Origin: Gekko japonicus
Taxonomy: Eukaryota
Direction of reading: 5' to 3'
NCBI RefSeq assembly: GCF_001447785.1
Contig: NW_015164664.1
Coordinates: 526,274-590,273 of the forward strand
Length of the DNA: 64,000 nucleotides
In this document: piece after piece, positions 52,420-63,080 of the stretch
Numbering within the stretch: position 1 is the stretch's first letter
Layout of the letters: the number at the start of each line of letters is the position of its first letter
The notes under the pieces: generated by a model
What the model was told of the DNA's origin: nothing
What the model saw: the letters and a program-made list of their open reading frames with translations, nothing else
The model's database searches: none
Translations under genes and position numbers: made by a program

Positions 52420-52564
52420 TTGTTGTTGTTAGCCATTCAGTCGTGTCCGACTCTTGGCGATTCTATGGGCCAGCTCTCTCCACATTTTCCGATCTTATAC
52501 TGTTTCTTTGAGTTGTTCTATGCTCAGGCTGGTGTCAATTTTTATGGTGTCTAGCCACTGTGTC
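52420..52564 (-). mobile_element. RTE-clade (BovB-like) LINE 3' terminal fragment
   Basis: Reverse complement encodes QWLDTIKIDT...KMWRELAHRIAKSRTRLNG followed by (CAA)n; TSD ccttcatat/ccttcgtat. Confidence 0.8.
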
Positions 52565-53016
52565 CCTTCGTATACTGCCCAGTAAAAACCTCCTCCATTC
52601 CACATTACCAGCACAAGCAACCTATTGCCGTGGCTTCCAAACTGGCTCCTGGCGGGGACTCCCTTTCTGCCTGTGCCTCTACCGTGCAAACACAGTGTTT
52701 CTGAGGCACATGCTGTTTCATGTGGCACACTGGCCACGTCAGCCTCCCCATTGCCCCCACTTGAAAAGGGCACACTCAACACTGCCTTGAAGCAGTGCGT
52801 TGCTGAAAGGGCATATGCCAATTTTCTGCAGCGCACGAGGTCTTTCACAGACGATTGTCATTATGCATGTGTCCAGCTTCTGAGGAATTCCAGGGTGTCA
52901 GAATCTGTAAACCAGTGGCATACAGCAGCAGCTGGCCACACCGTAGATTTTCCCTTGGCACTCATGAGGCTGAGAAGTGTGCCTTTTTAGCAAAACATTA
53001 AAAGTTTAGACTTTTG

Positions 53017-53262
53017 GCCCTAACCTGGATAGCCCAGGCAAGGCTGATCTTGTCAGATCTCGTAAGCTAAGCAGGGTCAACTCTGGCAAGTACTTGGATG
53101 GGAGACCTCCTTGGAATACCAGAGGTGGGAAGCGGGGACAGGCTTTATCCAGCCACCTCTCTGAATATTCTACAGGCCCCCAGTAGGGGTCAGTCACACC
53201 AAAAGTCATCATGACTTCCAGGTACACTCAAACACATGAACATATTTAAAAAATACCAAAAA
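53017..53262 (+). mobile_element. 5S rRNA-derived SINE
   Basis: GATCTCGTAAGCTAAGCAGGGTC...GTACTTGGATGGGAGACC...GGAATACC, followed by non-5S body and A-rich tail. Confidence 0.85.
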
Positions 53263-55130
53263 ATAAGTTTAGCCTTTCAGAGCAGCAGTACATTAGAGGC
53301 CACATTCAGTATTTTTTGGTGCAACAGCCATCACCACCCGGTGGACTCCCAGGCCCATGTGGTCTGTAGGCTGCCATCTTTAGATGCCAGGATGAACTAT
53401 CCCGTGACACATTTTCTACCAGGCCCTCTTGCCCTGTGTTTTCTGCTGTAAGACCCTTGCATGTACAGCTGGGGTGGCATCTCCTCTCTGGCCCCAAACC
53501 CTCAGGGAGGCATGCAAGTAAGTGTAGGGGGGAGTCAACTCCCCCAGGTGGCCACAGCACCAGAACCTTGTTTCCTTACCACTTAGATGCAATTAGAGAC
53601 ATTTAGATAACAAATTACTGCATTAAATTTAATTATCCCAGCAGTAATCGGTTACATTGAGAGCGTGCTAAGCCCGATGTAGAAAGGGCAACTCTCCAAT
53701 TAACCAGCCAATCTAGAATCTGGGGCGATGGTGAACCCAATCAAGTGGCCTCCTCCTGCAACTGGCCTGCGGGGCCTGGCTGTGTGCCAGGTGGGATCTG
53801 CTGCCTGCAGTTGGGCCCAGGCTCTGCCCAGGAATGGATTTTCAATGCCTGTTATTATTTTTCAGTTCATTTACAGACTGCTTTTCAGCTAAAAACAACT
53901 CAAGCAGTTCACAACACTGCGAAATAGACTGAGGCCACTTTAAACACCATATATCAGTAGCACCAAACTTCTGCTCGTGTGTGCACATACGCGCTCCATT
54001 AGCACTGTGACCCACCTCAAAGGTCCTCCGGAAAAGGCCAGTCTTAAGACTCACCTTAAGGACTTTTATAGAAATAGCTATTCTCCTTCCTCAGTTTCTC
54101 CTCCTTTGCTCTGATGTTTCTGGAATCTGCTTTGCTCTGACCTTTCCGGAAACAGCGGAGTCAAAGTGGGTTGGCCCCCCTGGGGATGGGAAGATGCAGA
54201 TTTCCAGACCACTCCATCCACATCCAGGACCATTTCCCCTCCCCATCCCCTTGATCCTGCCATTCTTCCCTGCTGCCGGGGGACTTTTTTACGATTAAAA
54301 ATAATCGATAGTGGGTATATCACAGTAATTTTTAAAAGTGAATGAAAATCCCTCCAGGAACGTAGGGTGGGGGGGAAGGCGGGTGTGAGCGGGTGAGGAA
54401 GGAAAACCAGAATTGTGCCTATGCGCGTGCTCCATCACCACCGCAAATGCCTCTGCATTCACAGCAGGGATGACTCCACAATGGGAAACCACCCCCAGGT
54501 GGGAGCAACCCTGGAGACTTGATTTCATCTCAGAATGCCTGCCTGGGGCACCACTCTATCCAAGATCTCTCCCCCTACCACTACCAAAAAAGAGAGAGAC
54601 AGATACTGGTCTATAACTCTTTAGTTCCATGCTAACTAATTACAGTTTCTTCAGGAGGGATCTGACTATAACCTCTTTTAACACTGCAGGCACAGCGGCT
54701 TCCTGTGGGGAATGATTAATACTCAGCATCATCCAATTTGTCAGCCCCTCCCCGGTGGATTCCACTAGCCATGGACAGGTGGTAGGTTTCGCCTCTCCTC
54801 TGGCTGAATTAATTGGAAAGTATCCATATGAACCTCAAAAGCAGAAACCTCGGGTATATTTAGGGCTGCTGCCATTAATGCAGTCTTGAGCTGGATTTGA
54901 TGCAAGCAGTTTTATCCATAAAATTGTTACCAAATTGGTAACAATGAGCTTTACGACGTTCCGCTATTTGTTCCTGGGGCTCCGCTTGCCAAAGGCCTCT
55001 TCCCGCCCTAAGCAGCAATGTCAGCTGGCTCTGTGCAAACTCCAGCAGTTGAAGCGAAAACCCTCTCAGACTCAAATATGCAAAGCAGTCATATAGAAGA
55101 CTTCATAGGAGCATGTGCACATCTCACCTG

Positions 55131-55336
55131 CAATGCTCCCTCTAAGCTGTGGAGTCTTGAGAGCAAAAATTTTACTTTGTGAGCTACTGGCATTAAAGCT
55201 GTGAGCGAGCGCTTTGGCTACTGCATAAATTAGTTTGCTCTGGAGCCATCCTTCCTGGGCAAAGACAAAAATCTGTGAGCTGGAGGCTAAAAAACTGTGA
55301 GCTAGCTCACACTAACTCAGCTTAGAGGGAACACTG
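55131..55336. mobile_element. hAT-type MITE family 1, copy C
   Basis: Same TIRs; perfect 8-bp TSD CTCACCTG (55123-55130 and 55337-55344). Confidence 0.9.
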
Positions 55337-55550
55337 CTCACCTGACTTTCATGCTTCAGGAAACAGGAGGCACATCTTCCAGGCACAGATTAGGTTCCAA
55401 TTTCCCCCATCATTACCTGCCTGCTGGAGAGCCAGCACGGTGTAGTGGTGAGGAGGGTCAGACTAAGAGTTGGGAGACCCAGGATTGAATTCCAGCTCTG
55501 CCATGGAACCTCGCAGGGTGACCTCAGGCCAGTCACTTCCTCCTTCTCAC

Positions 55551-55755
55551 CAGTGTTCCCTCTAAGTTGAGTTAGTGTGAGCTAGATCACAGTTTTTTAG
55601 CCTCCAGCTCACACATTTTTGCCTTAGCTCAGGAAGGACGGCTCCAGAGCAAACTAATTTATGCAGCAGCCAAAGGGCTCGCTCACAGCTTTAATGCTGG
55701 AGCCCACAAAGTAGGATTTTTGCTCACAAGACTCCACAGCTTGGAGGGAGCATTG
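55551..55755. mobile_element. hAT-type MITE family 1, copy D, nested in a SINE and inverted relative to C
   Basis: Same TIRs; TSD cttctcac/cttctgac; flanked by the two halves of a tRNA-SINE (about 55428-55550 and 55764-55887). Confidence 0.88.
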
Positions 55756-56254
55756 CTTCTGACCCCAAGCCACCATACAGAGTGGTGGTATTATAAGGAT
55801 GAAACAGAGGAGGGGAAGACTGATACTGTAAGCTGCATGGGTCTACAGTGAAGAAAAAAGCAGGTATGTGAATCTAAATAAATAAATGTTTGATCCAAAG
55901 TGGCAAACAAGAGTTCTCCAAGGTCTCCCAGATGGGAAAGACAGCCTGGGACTGGTTCACCCCCCTCCCCTCACAAACCCGCCCTCTACATGCCTGTAAG
56001 GAACAAGTCTGGTTTTTTCTCCTGCCCAACTGATGCAGTCAATTTCCAAGGCCCTGCTTCAGGTGTCCCTGCTGCTCTCTGAGATCAGGCGAGTGGCAAC
56101 CCAGGACAAGAGGGCCTCTTCTGGGACTCTCTCTCTCTCCCCCGCTCTCCAGAGAGACTCACCTGATCTCCTTCTGTTGCCTTATTCTGCTAGTGAGTAC
56201 AGACTTTTTTGATTCATTTGGCATTCCCTCAGTGATCCCTCCTTCCTGCCCTGG

Positions 56255-56478
56255 TGTTTTGGGTTTTTGTTGTTGTTGTGTTTTTGCATTTGTGTGTGTG
56301 CGCCTGGAAGTCATGGTGACCTCTGGTGACTCCTACTGGGGCAGAGAGGGCATTCAGAGAAGCCTCCCAGCCCTGGTATCCCTTGGGGGTCTCCCATCCA
56401 AGTACTCGCCAGGGTCGGCCCTGCTTACCTTCCGAGATCTCATGAGATCGGGCTTGCCGGGGCTATCCAGGTCAGAGC
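56255..56478 (-). mobile_element. 5S rRNA-derived SINE
   Basis: Reverse complement of the 53017/21765 family. Confidence 0.85.
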
Positions 56479-56575
56479 CTTCCTGCCCTATTTATAGATG
56501 TATTTTAAACTGGTTTACATTTTTAAACCATGTGTTTTAATTCTGGTTTTAATGGCTTTTAAGATGTGTTTTTGT

Positions 56576-56810
56576 GCTCTGACCTGGGTAGCCCAGGCAA
56601 GCCCCGTCTCGGGGGCTAAGCAGGGCTGACCCTGGCAAGTACTTGGATGGGAGACCCCCAAGGAATACCAAGGCTGGGACGCAGAGGCAGGCAGCAAGCC
56701 ACCGTCTCTGAACAGCCTTGCCGCCCAGCCCCACTAAGGGTCGCCAGAAGTCAGCCATGACTTCCAGGCACACGACGTGCGCACACACACACACAAATAA
56801 AAAACGAAAA
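56576..56810 (+). mobile_element. 5S rRNA-derived SINE
   Basis: gacctgggtagcccaggcaagccc...gctaagcaggg...gtacttggatgggagacc with (CA)n and A tail. Confidence 0.85.
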
Positions 56811-57149
56811 GGTGTGTTTTTAAATCTGTTTTTATTAACTATGCTTTAAATCTGTTAACAGTCTTGATGGGCCTGCAGATGAGGGCAGAAACAGCAGGGT
56901 ATATAGTTTGTAAATAAATAAATAAAACACGTAAAGAGAAGCTCACTGAGTCCACATGGCCCTGTCAGCCTAACCTACCTCACAGGGCTGTTGTGAGGAA
57001 AAAATGAAGGGGAGAACCAGGTACCCAGCCTTGAGGTCCTGGGAGCAACAATGAATAAAAGTAGAAAGTCAGAGCACGTGCCATGTTTCTGCAGGATTTT
57101 AATCCCAACACATTCTCTTAGAAAGGAATTTCTTTTTTAAAGAGAGCGC

Positions 57150-58168
57150 TCGAGGCTTAGAATCCTCCTCTTCAGACGCAGGCGGGCCGGGCAAAGCAAA
57201 CAGGCTCTACGACTGCAGCCGATCGATCCACGCTCCTTCCTGGCCTTCCCCGGGACGCTGAATCCCTGTCCCGATGCGCCTCCACACCCAACAGCTTCCA
57301 GTCTGTCGCTCAGCCTCCCTCGCAGGTAATAAAGCCGGCCTTCTCCGCTTTCTTGCCTTCGAGTTGCATGGCCTCACCGCGGGCGCAGCTCTTCTTTTGC
57401 GCGCTTTCCAGCCGCTCCTTTGGGACTGGCTGTGCTTGGACAGCGGCGCTCGGCCGCCTCCCACTGCCAGGACACTCCGGGCGGCTGCCCTGGCCAGCAA
57501 TTGCCTCGGCACAGCGAGTGAGCGGCTGAAGCGCTCTGGAAGACCGGGCGCAAGTTTCCCGTGGGGCAGAGCCAAATGAAAGGCGCAGGAGCCTCGCCGG
57601 GGAAACCCCGGGGGCAAACCTGCCCTGCTCCCTGGCTTAGAGGGGGCCGCTTCCAAGCACCCAGGCTGGAGCCTCAGGGGGAGCGGTGAGTTTACGAAGA
57701 GCGACCGGACTGGAGTAGTCCCAGCTGCGCCTCGAGCCTGCGGAAGGGAGCCGAACTCTTGGCCGCAGCCTCTCGCCCTGGTCAACAGGCGGCTCGCTTT
57801 CGGCTGAAGCTCAGAGGCGAGGCGAGGCGAGGCGAGGCGGGGCGGGGCGGGGGTACCCGAAACCGGCGCCAGGCCGAGCCCTACCGGCGTGGCTCTCCCG
57901 TGGGAGTCCTCACCCGTTCGCCGCTCTGGCTGGCGATGCCTCCTGGCCCTGGGATGGCCTTCTTGCTCTGCGTCGGGATCTCGGTAAGAGGAGCGAAGGG
58001 GGGCTTGGAGGGGGAGAGGCTGGGCAGGCCTCACTTCTTGCATGGGCGCCCCTGCTGCGGTGGGCCACCTCCAAGGTTTATGGTTTATGGTAGCAACAGT
58101 TGCTTGTTTGCAGAAAGATTACGCGCAATGAGTGCCGGGTAAATGCTGGCAGCAATGGGGGGGGGGGG
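57150..58168. promoter_or_regulatory. CpG island / putative promoter of a downstream gene, with (GAGGC)5 followed by GGGGCGGGGC GC boxes at 57814-57853
   Basis: Abundant CpG over about 1 kb, tandem Sp/KLF boxes, consensus donor TCG|GTAAGA at 57984. Confidence 0.7.
57936..57983 (+). CDS. Candidate first coding exon of an unidentified downstream gene (MPPGPGMAFLLCVGIS|)
   Basis: ATGs at 57936 and 57954 (gggATGG) downstream of GC boxes, hydrophobic signal-like start, phase-0 donor GTAAGA; no second exon identified. Confidence 0.3.
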
Positions 58169-58239
58169 NNNNNNNNNNNNNNNNNNNNNNNNNNNNNNNN
58201 NNNNNNNNNNNNNNNNNNNNNNNNNNNNNNNNNNNNNNN
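58169..58239. other. Assembly gap (71 N) after a poly-G run
   Basis: Run of N characters. Confidence 0.99.
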
Positions 58240-59330
58240 GGGCCTTCTTCTGCTCCTCCCTGGAGGCTTTTCTGCTGCTGCGCAACCCAACAGGCCACAG
58301 GTAATAAAGTTGGAGTTTCCACAATGCAGATCTCTGGATCCTGGTGAGGAGCAACAGAGCGGAAACCTGGACAATTGCCTGGGGCTGGAAATGCCACATT
58401 GTGCAAGAGATTTGTGGCAGGCCACCAAAGTCACTTTGTTGCTTGGTATTAATTCCTGTGGCTTGAGAACCTAGAAAGGGGAGAAGGAAGACCATAATAA
58501 GCCCACCTTCCTCATGATCATCATTTGCCACCATAATGTGTGGTTAGGGCCACTGGCTCAAGTGGCTTTGGGAAGGAATTGGACACATTCATGGAGGGCA
58601 GGCAGGTATAGCTATAGCTAAATGGAGCCTCCATGTTCAGGGGCAGTTTAGCTATGACTAACATATGACTGACCTAGGTAGCCTGAACTCATCAGATCTC
58701 AGAAGCTAGAAGACGCGAGGGAAATTGGGGGATGCTGCGGGTCAAAATGCAGTTGCGCAGGAAGTAGTGGGAAATTGACGGTCGGAGGAAAGGGAAGAGG
58801 GAGGGCAGCACAGCTGCTTGTGGGAAATCGGTCAATGTTTTGCTTGGCTTCCAGGCCGCAGTGCTGTTTCCAGGAACATGGTGTTGTCCTCTTGTTGTCC
58901 TGTTTCTGTCTTGTCTGCTGCTTTGGTGTGGTATCTCCCATACTTGATTTGATAGAAGCTTACAGTCAAAGTGATTTGGACACATTGTAGATAGAAAGGT
59001 GTGCCGTTTTTCAGGTCCTGCTCATATCGGTGCCATTTTTCTTCTCTCAGCCTGGACTTTTCCCAAGTATAGTGAAAGATCACTATAGTGTTATATTATA
59101 ATGCTCTATTGCAATAGTGTACCATTCCTCAGCTTTCACTGGGTCTCTAGCCCTTTTGGTTATGCGGTTATAAGGGGAAAGACTCGGGCTTCATATTTTT
59201 TCATATAATTCTGCAATTAAAATGGCTAGATATTTACTGTTTAAAAATGAAAGCTGGAAACTAGAATATTGTTGCAATAGATAATTACAACATCCTGATG
59301 CTCTAGCGCTCTAGCTATTACTATTTTTTT

Positions 59331-59412
59331 TCTGCCAAAGGGAGCTTTGACTCTTGGAAGCCTACACCCCGGATATCTGGTTGGACTTTAAGGTACTGCT
59401 GGGCTCTGATCC
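59331..59412 (+). mobile_element. Penelope-like element terminal fragment (degenerate)
   Basis: tctgccaaagggagctttgactcttggaagcctacacc...ttggactttaaggtactgctgg resembles the arm at 1231-1316. Confidence 0.55.
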
Positions 59413-59636
59413 TGATTTTTTTTTAAAGCCTGCAAATGCCCTCTGGTGGTGACAGACAAAATAGCAGCAGCAAGGAAAGTGCAGGGAAAGCATATGTGGG
59501 GTGCTCATTTGCCGCCATGAATACTTCCGTGTTTGTCACAGCAGTGAAAGGTACATGGGGAATAATCTGTGTGCAGAAGCAGCCCTTCTTGCAGACCTCC
59601 GTGAAGCATCTGGTTGCTGCTGTTAGAAACAACAGA

Positions 59637-59778
59637 GGGGCCTTGGCGTAGTGGTACAATATCTGCTTTGCATGCAGAAGATCTCAAGCTTAGTCCTCAG
59701 TAAGGATCAGGTCATAGGGGGTGTGAAAGACCTCAGCTTGAAATCTGCCAGTGGTCTGAATTGGTAGAAGGCAGCTGG
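59637..59778 (+). mobile_element. tRNA-derived squamate SINE (degenerate)
   Basis: ggggccttggcgtagtgg...tctgctttgcatgcagaag similar to the 44508 copy. Confidence 0.6.
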
Positions 59779-60050
59779 AGGGGTTAATGTGTATTCAACA
59801 GGCTACTAAACTAGCGGGATCCTTGCTCTGACACCTTTGGTCTTTTCTTACGTTCTTACCGAGGTCCTTGGCCATCGACTATCTGTTTTGCTGGGGCGTG
59901 CCAGCCACTCACTATCTTCCAGGTATTCAACTGCTGATGACTCCTGCAGATGCTTGGTAAGCGTTCCTCCTCCCCCCTGCTCCCCCCCAAATTGACAAGC
60001 AGATTTCACAAAGGCAGTGTGGTGCAACCTGAGATGATAAACAAGCAACC

Positions 60051-61455
60051 AACGCGGGGATTCAGGGGCTTGCTCTTCAGTGGTTCACCTCTTTTCTCCA
60101 AGGTCGGGGACAGAGGATGGCGATTGGGGACCAGCGATCCCGAAGGCACCCCCTTGAATGTGGGGTGCCCCAGGGAGCTGTGTTGTCCCCGATGTTGTTT
60201 AACATCTATATGCGCCCCCTCACCCAGATTGCCCGGAGGTGTGGGCTTGGGTGTCGTCAATATGCTGATGATACCCAGCTCTATCTGATGTTGGGCGGCC
60301 AGTCGGACTCTGGTCCCGATGACCTTTATCGGGCATTACAAGCCGTGGCTGGTTGGCTCAGACTGAGTTGGTTGAAATTAAACCCGGCAAAGATGGAGGT
60401 CCTGGGCCTGAGTCGGACCGGGCTGGGGCTGGGGCTCCCTCTCCCGGCCTTTGACAGGGTGCCTTTGGTGCCTGCGCGGGAGGTTAGGAGTTTGGGTGTG
60501 CTCCTGGGCTCCTCGTTACCGATGGAGGCCCAGGTGGCAGCCACTGCCAAGTCAGCCTTTTACCACCTGCGGCTGGCTCGGCAGTTGGTCCCCTACCTCG
60601 ACCGTGAGGACCTGGCCACTGTGATCCATGCGAAGGTCACCTTGAGGCTAGACTACTGTAACGCTCTCTACTTGGGGCTGCCTTTGTCGCAACTCCGGAA
60701 GCTGCAGCTAGTGCAGAATGCTGCAGCTAGGCTGTTGATGGGCCTCTCTAGGCGAGACCACATCCGGCTGGTGCTGCAAGTGCTGCACTGGCTGCCGATA
60801 GCATACCGGATTCGCTTCAAAGTGCTGGTTCTTACCTTTAAAGCCCTGAATGGCCGGGGTCCGGCTTACCTAAGGGACCGCCTCTTCCCGTATGTTCCCT
60901 CAAGAGCACTACGATCGGGGAGTTTCCACCTCCTGGAAGTTCCAGGCCCCCGAGACGTTAAGTTTGCCCAAACTAGGGCCAGGGCGTTTTCGGTGGTGGT
61001 TCCTACCTGGTGGAATGAGCTCCCAGAGGAGATCCGGGCCCTGCGGGACCTTATACAGTTCCGCAGGGCCTGCAAGACGGAACTCTTCCGCCAGGCTTTT
61101 GAGTAGGAGCCGCCGCCGCCACTATTCCACCACCGTGGTACTGTTCCATCATCTACCCCTATTATGGGGGGGGTTATGTGTTGCCTGGCGGAAGTGGGGA
61201 GAACATCACTGCTGGAGCCCTCGCTATTTAATAAAGCTGGCCATCGATTTGGGATTACTGTCCATCTTGGGGATTTATATACAGGATAATAGAGCACCTT
61301 AAATATTGTTATGAATTTTATTATGGATATGTAATATTGTTTCATTGTATTTTATCTATTTAATCCGGCTTTAGCCGCTTGTTAGCCGCCCTGAGCCGCT
61401 TGGAAGGGCGGGATATAAATCTCAAAATAAATAAATAAACGAATACAATAAATAA
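60051..61455 (+). mobile_element. L2-clade LINE, 5'-truncated, with an uninterrupted RT/C-terminal frame (to stop at 61106) and (AAAT)n tail
   Basis: GVPQGAVLSPMLFNIY, YADDTQLY, LKLNPAK, LDYCNALY, LQLVQNAAARL and LHWLP motifs; frame already open from about 60051 (AGIQGLALQWF); CpG-rich. Confidence 0.93.
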
Positions 61456-62528
61456 CCAGTTAACAAAATGCAACTGGAAAGAGAAGGTGCTTGGTAGCTC
61501 TAATACTGAACCAAAGATAAAACTTATTGAACTGGATGCCTGATCTTTGCCAAAATAGGTTGCACTAAGTTGAGAAGAAACTGGGTTGATCCTCTGCAAG
61601 GGTGCCGAGGCAAAGATGTAAATGTGTGTGTCCTGTTTCTTGCAAACAGTCTTCTGGACTGGACTGTTGAATGTTCCTCCATACAAATAAATCCCCCCTC
61701 CCCTGGCTGGGAAAAGTAGTGCCTCGGGGAGAAGCTTCCTAGCCTGGCCATCTCCCAGACAAGCTTCTTTTCTATACTTAAGACATTTATTTGGAACAGA
61801 GGAATATTCAGCCTGGCTGAAGTGCATAAACGAGTTTGCCACTGCTTCTGCTCTTTGTGACAGTTTGCAAGTCTCCTTTTGGTTGGTGTTGATTAAATAT
61901 GAAAGAGTAAAGTAGGAACACATTAGATTAGGATTTTAGTGTTCTTGCTCTGTGAGCGTGTATGGCTCAGGCTAGAGGGGCAACATTTGGTCCTGTAAAA
62001 AACTCATGAAATTTTATTCCAGCATAAATTGTTGTGAACTTTTGGGCCTGCTCCTTCACATACAGTGAGTGAACCCTCGATAGGCAGACAGGCCCTCTGT
62101 GAGATAAAATGCTGGACTAGGTGGAGCACAGGTCTGATCCAGCACAGCTCTTCTTACGTTCTTGTGTTATGTAGGAGGAATGAAAAGCTGAGTCAAGAGG
62201 TCATGAAAGTACAGAGCAAAATATTATGATGTAAAATTCAAAACCCAGCACAGAAAATGCACAGGCTGTTTATTGGTTATGATAAGCTAGTTACCCACCT
62301 GTAAGGGGTGGGAAGTTCCAGGGTTGGCTAAGATGGTAAATAGCGGTATGTGTGTGTGTTAACTTCCACATAAAATGCTTGCGTAGTGAGGATCCATTCA
62401 TCGCATATGAAGAACTCTGTGAAAGCTTTTGCTAGAATAAAATGGTGTGAGTCTTTAACATGCCAAAAGGCTGCTTTGCCTGCATCCACCTATCTTGGCT
62501 TCCCCCTCTAAAATTATTTTACATACAC

Positions 62529-63080
62529 TGTTCAAGGAAGAGTGCGTCTGAGCCCTAACAAACCTTTATTCTATCCGGAACAAGACAACTTGCGTTGAGC
62601 AGCGCTTCTCGAAGATGCTCGATGCTGGCGGCGGTGGAAAATTCAGTGCGGTGGCTCACGGCGATGTCCTGAACGTGGTCTCTGTTCCAAGGGAGATGGA
62701 TCCCATCCTCGTCGCCAGTGAAAAGTACGCAAACGGAGAGTGATTTCAGCAAAACGTACATTATTCTATTCGGAACAAGACAACTTTGGCTGGCTCGCAG
62801 GCCGGCTTATATCCCCCGAGAAACCGCCACCCAAAACACACCCCTATTTCCCTATAGGTTATTTACAGTGGCTGAGAGTCCCACAGGCTCTCGGCCGGGA
62901 ACCTAGCCACCTGATTGGAGCAGGCTAGGATCCGCATAGTCTATTGTCTCTTGGAGCGAAGCTCGACGTTTGTCTCTGGACTTGTCTGGACTGGATACAT
63001 TACATTCACCTTTCAGGATCCAAATTCTGTAACCCTGCAGAACGACCCTCCTCCCCAGCTGGAGTCGAGCTCTCTCTACA
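62529..63080 (-). mobile_element. Non-coding LTR-retrotransposon-derived element with a tRNA-Ser(GCU) primer-binding site (boundaries uncertain)
   Basis: Minus strand: CCAAT (62914-62918), ATATAA (62806-62811), ...TTTTCA-C-TGGCGACGAGGATGGGAT (PBS at 62700-62717); 34-nt segment duplicated at about 62557-62591 and 62753-62786; CpG-rich. Confidence 0.7.

Noticed and set aside
53035-53125. Apparent 5S rRNA genes (also about 21785 and 56600)
   Set aside because: Diverged 5' ends, no Pol III T-run terminator after the 5S region, and a shared non-5S body and tail: SINE heads, not rRNA genes
57207-58043. 278-aa minus-strand ORF
   Set aside because: Pro/Arg/Ala-rich with no recognisable domain; expected from stop-codon scarcity in a CpG island
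62700-62717. tRNA-Ser gene or pseudogene
   Set aside because: Only the 3' 18 nt including CCA match, adjacent to an LTR-like end; better explained as a PBS
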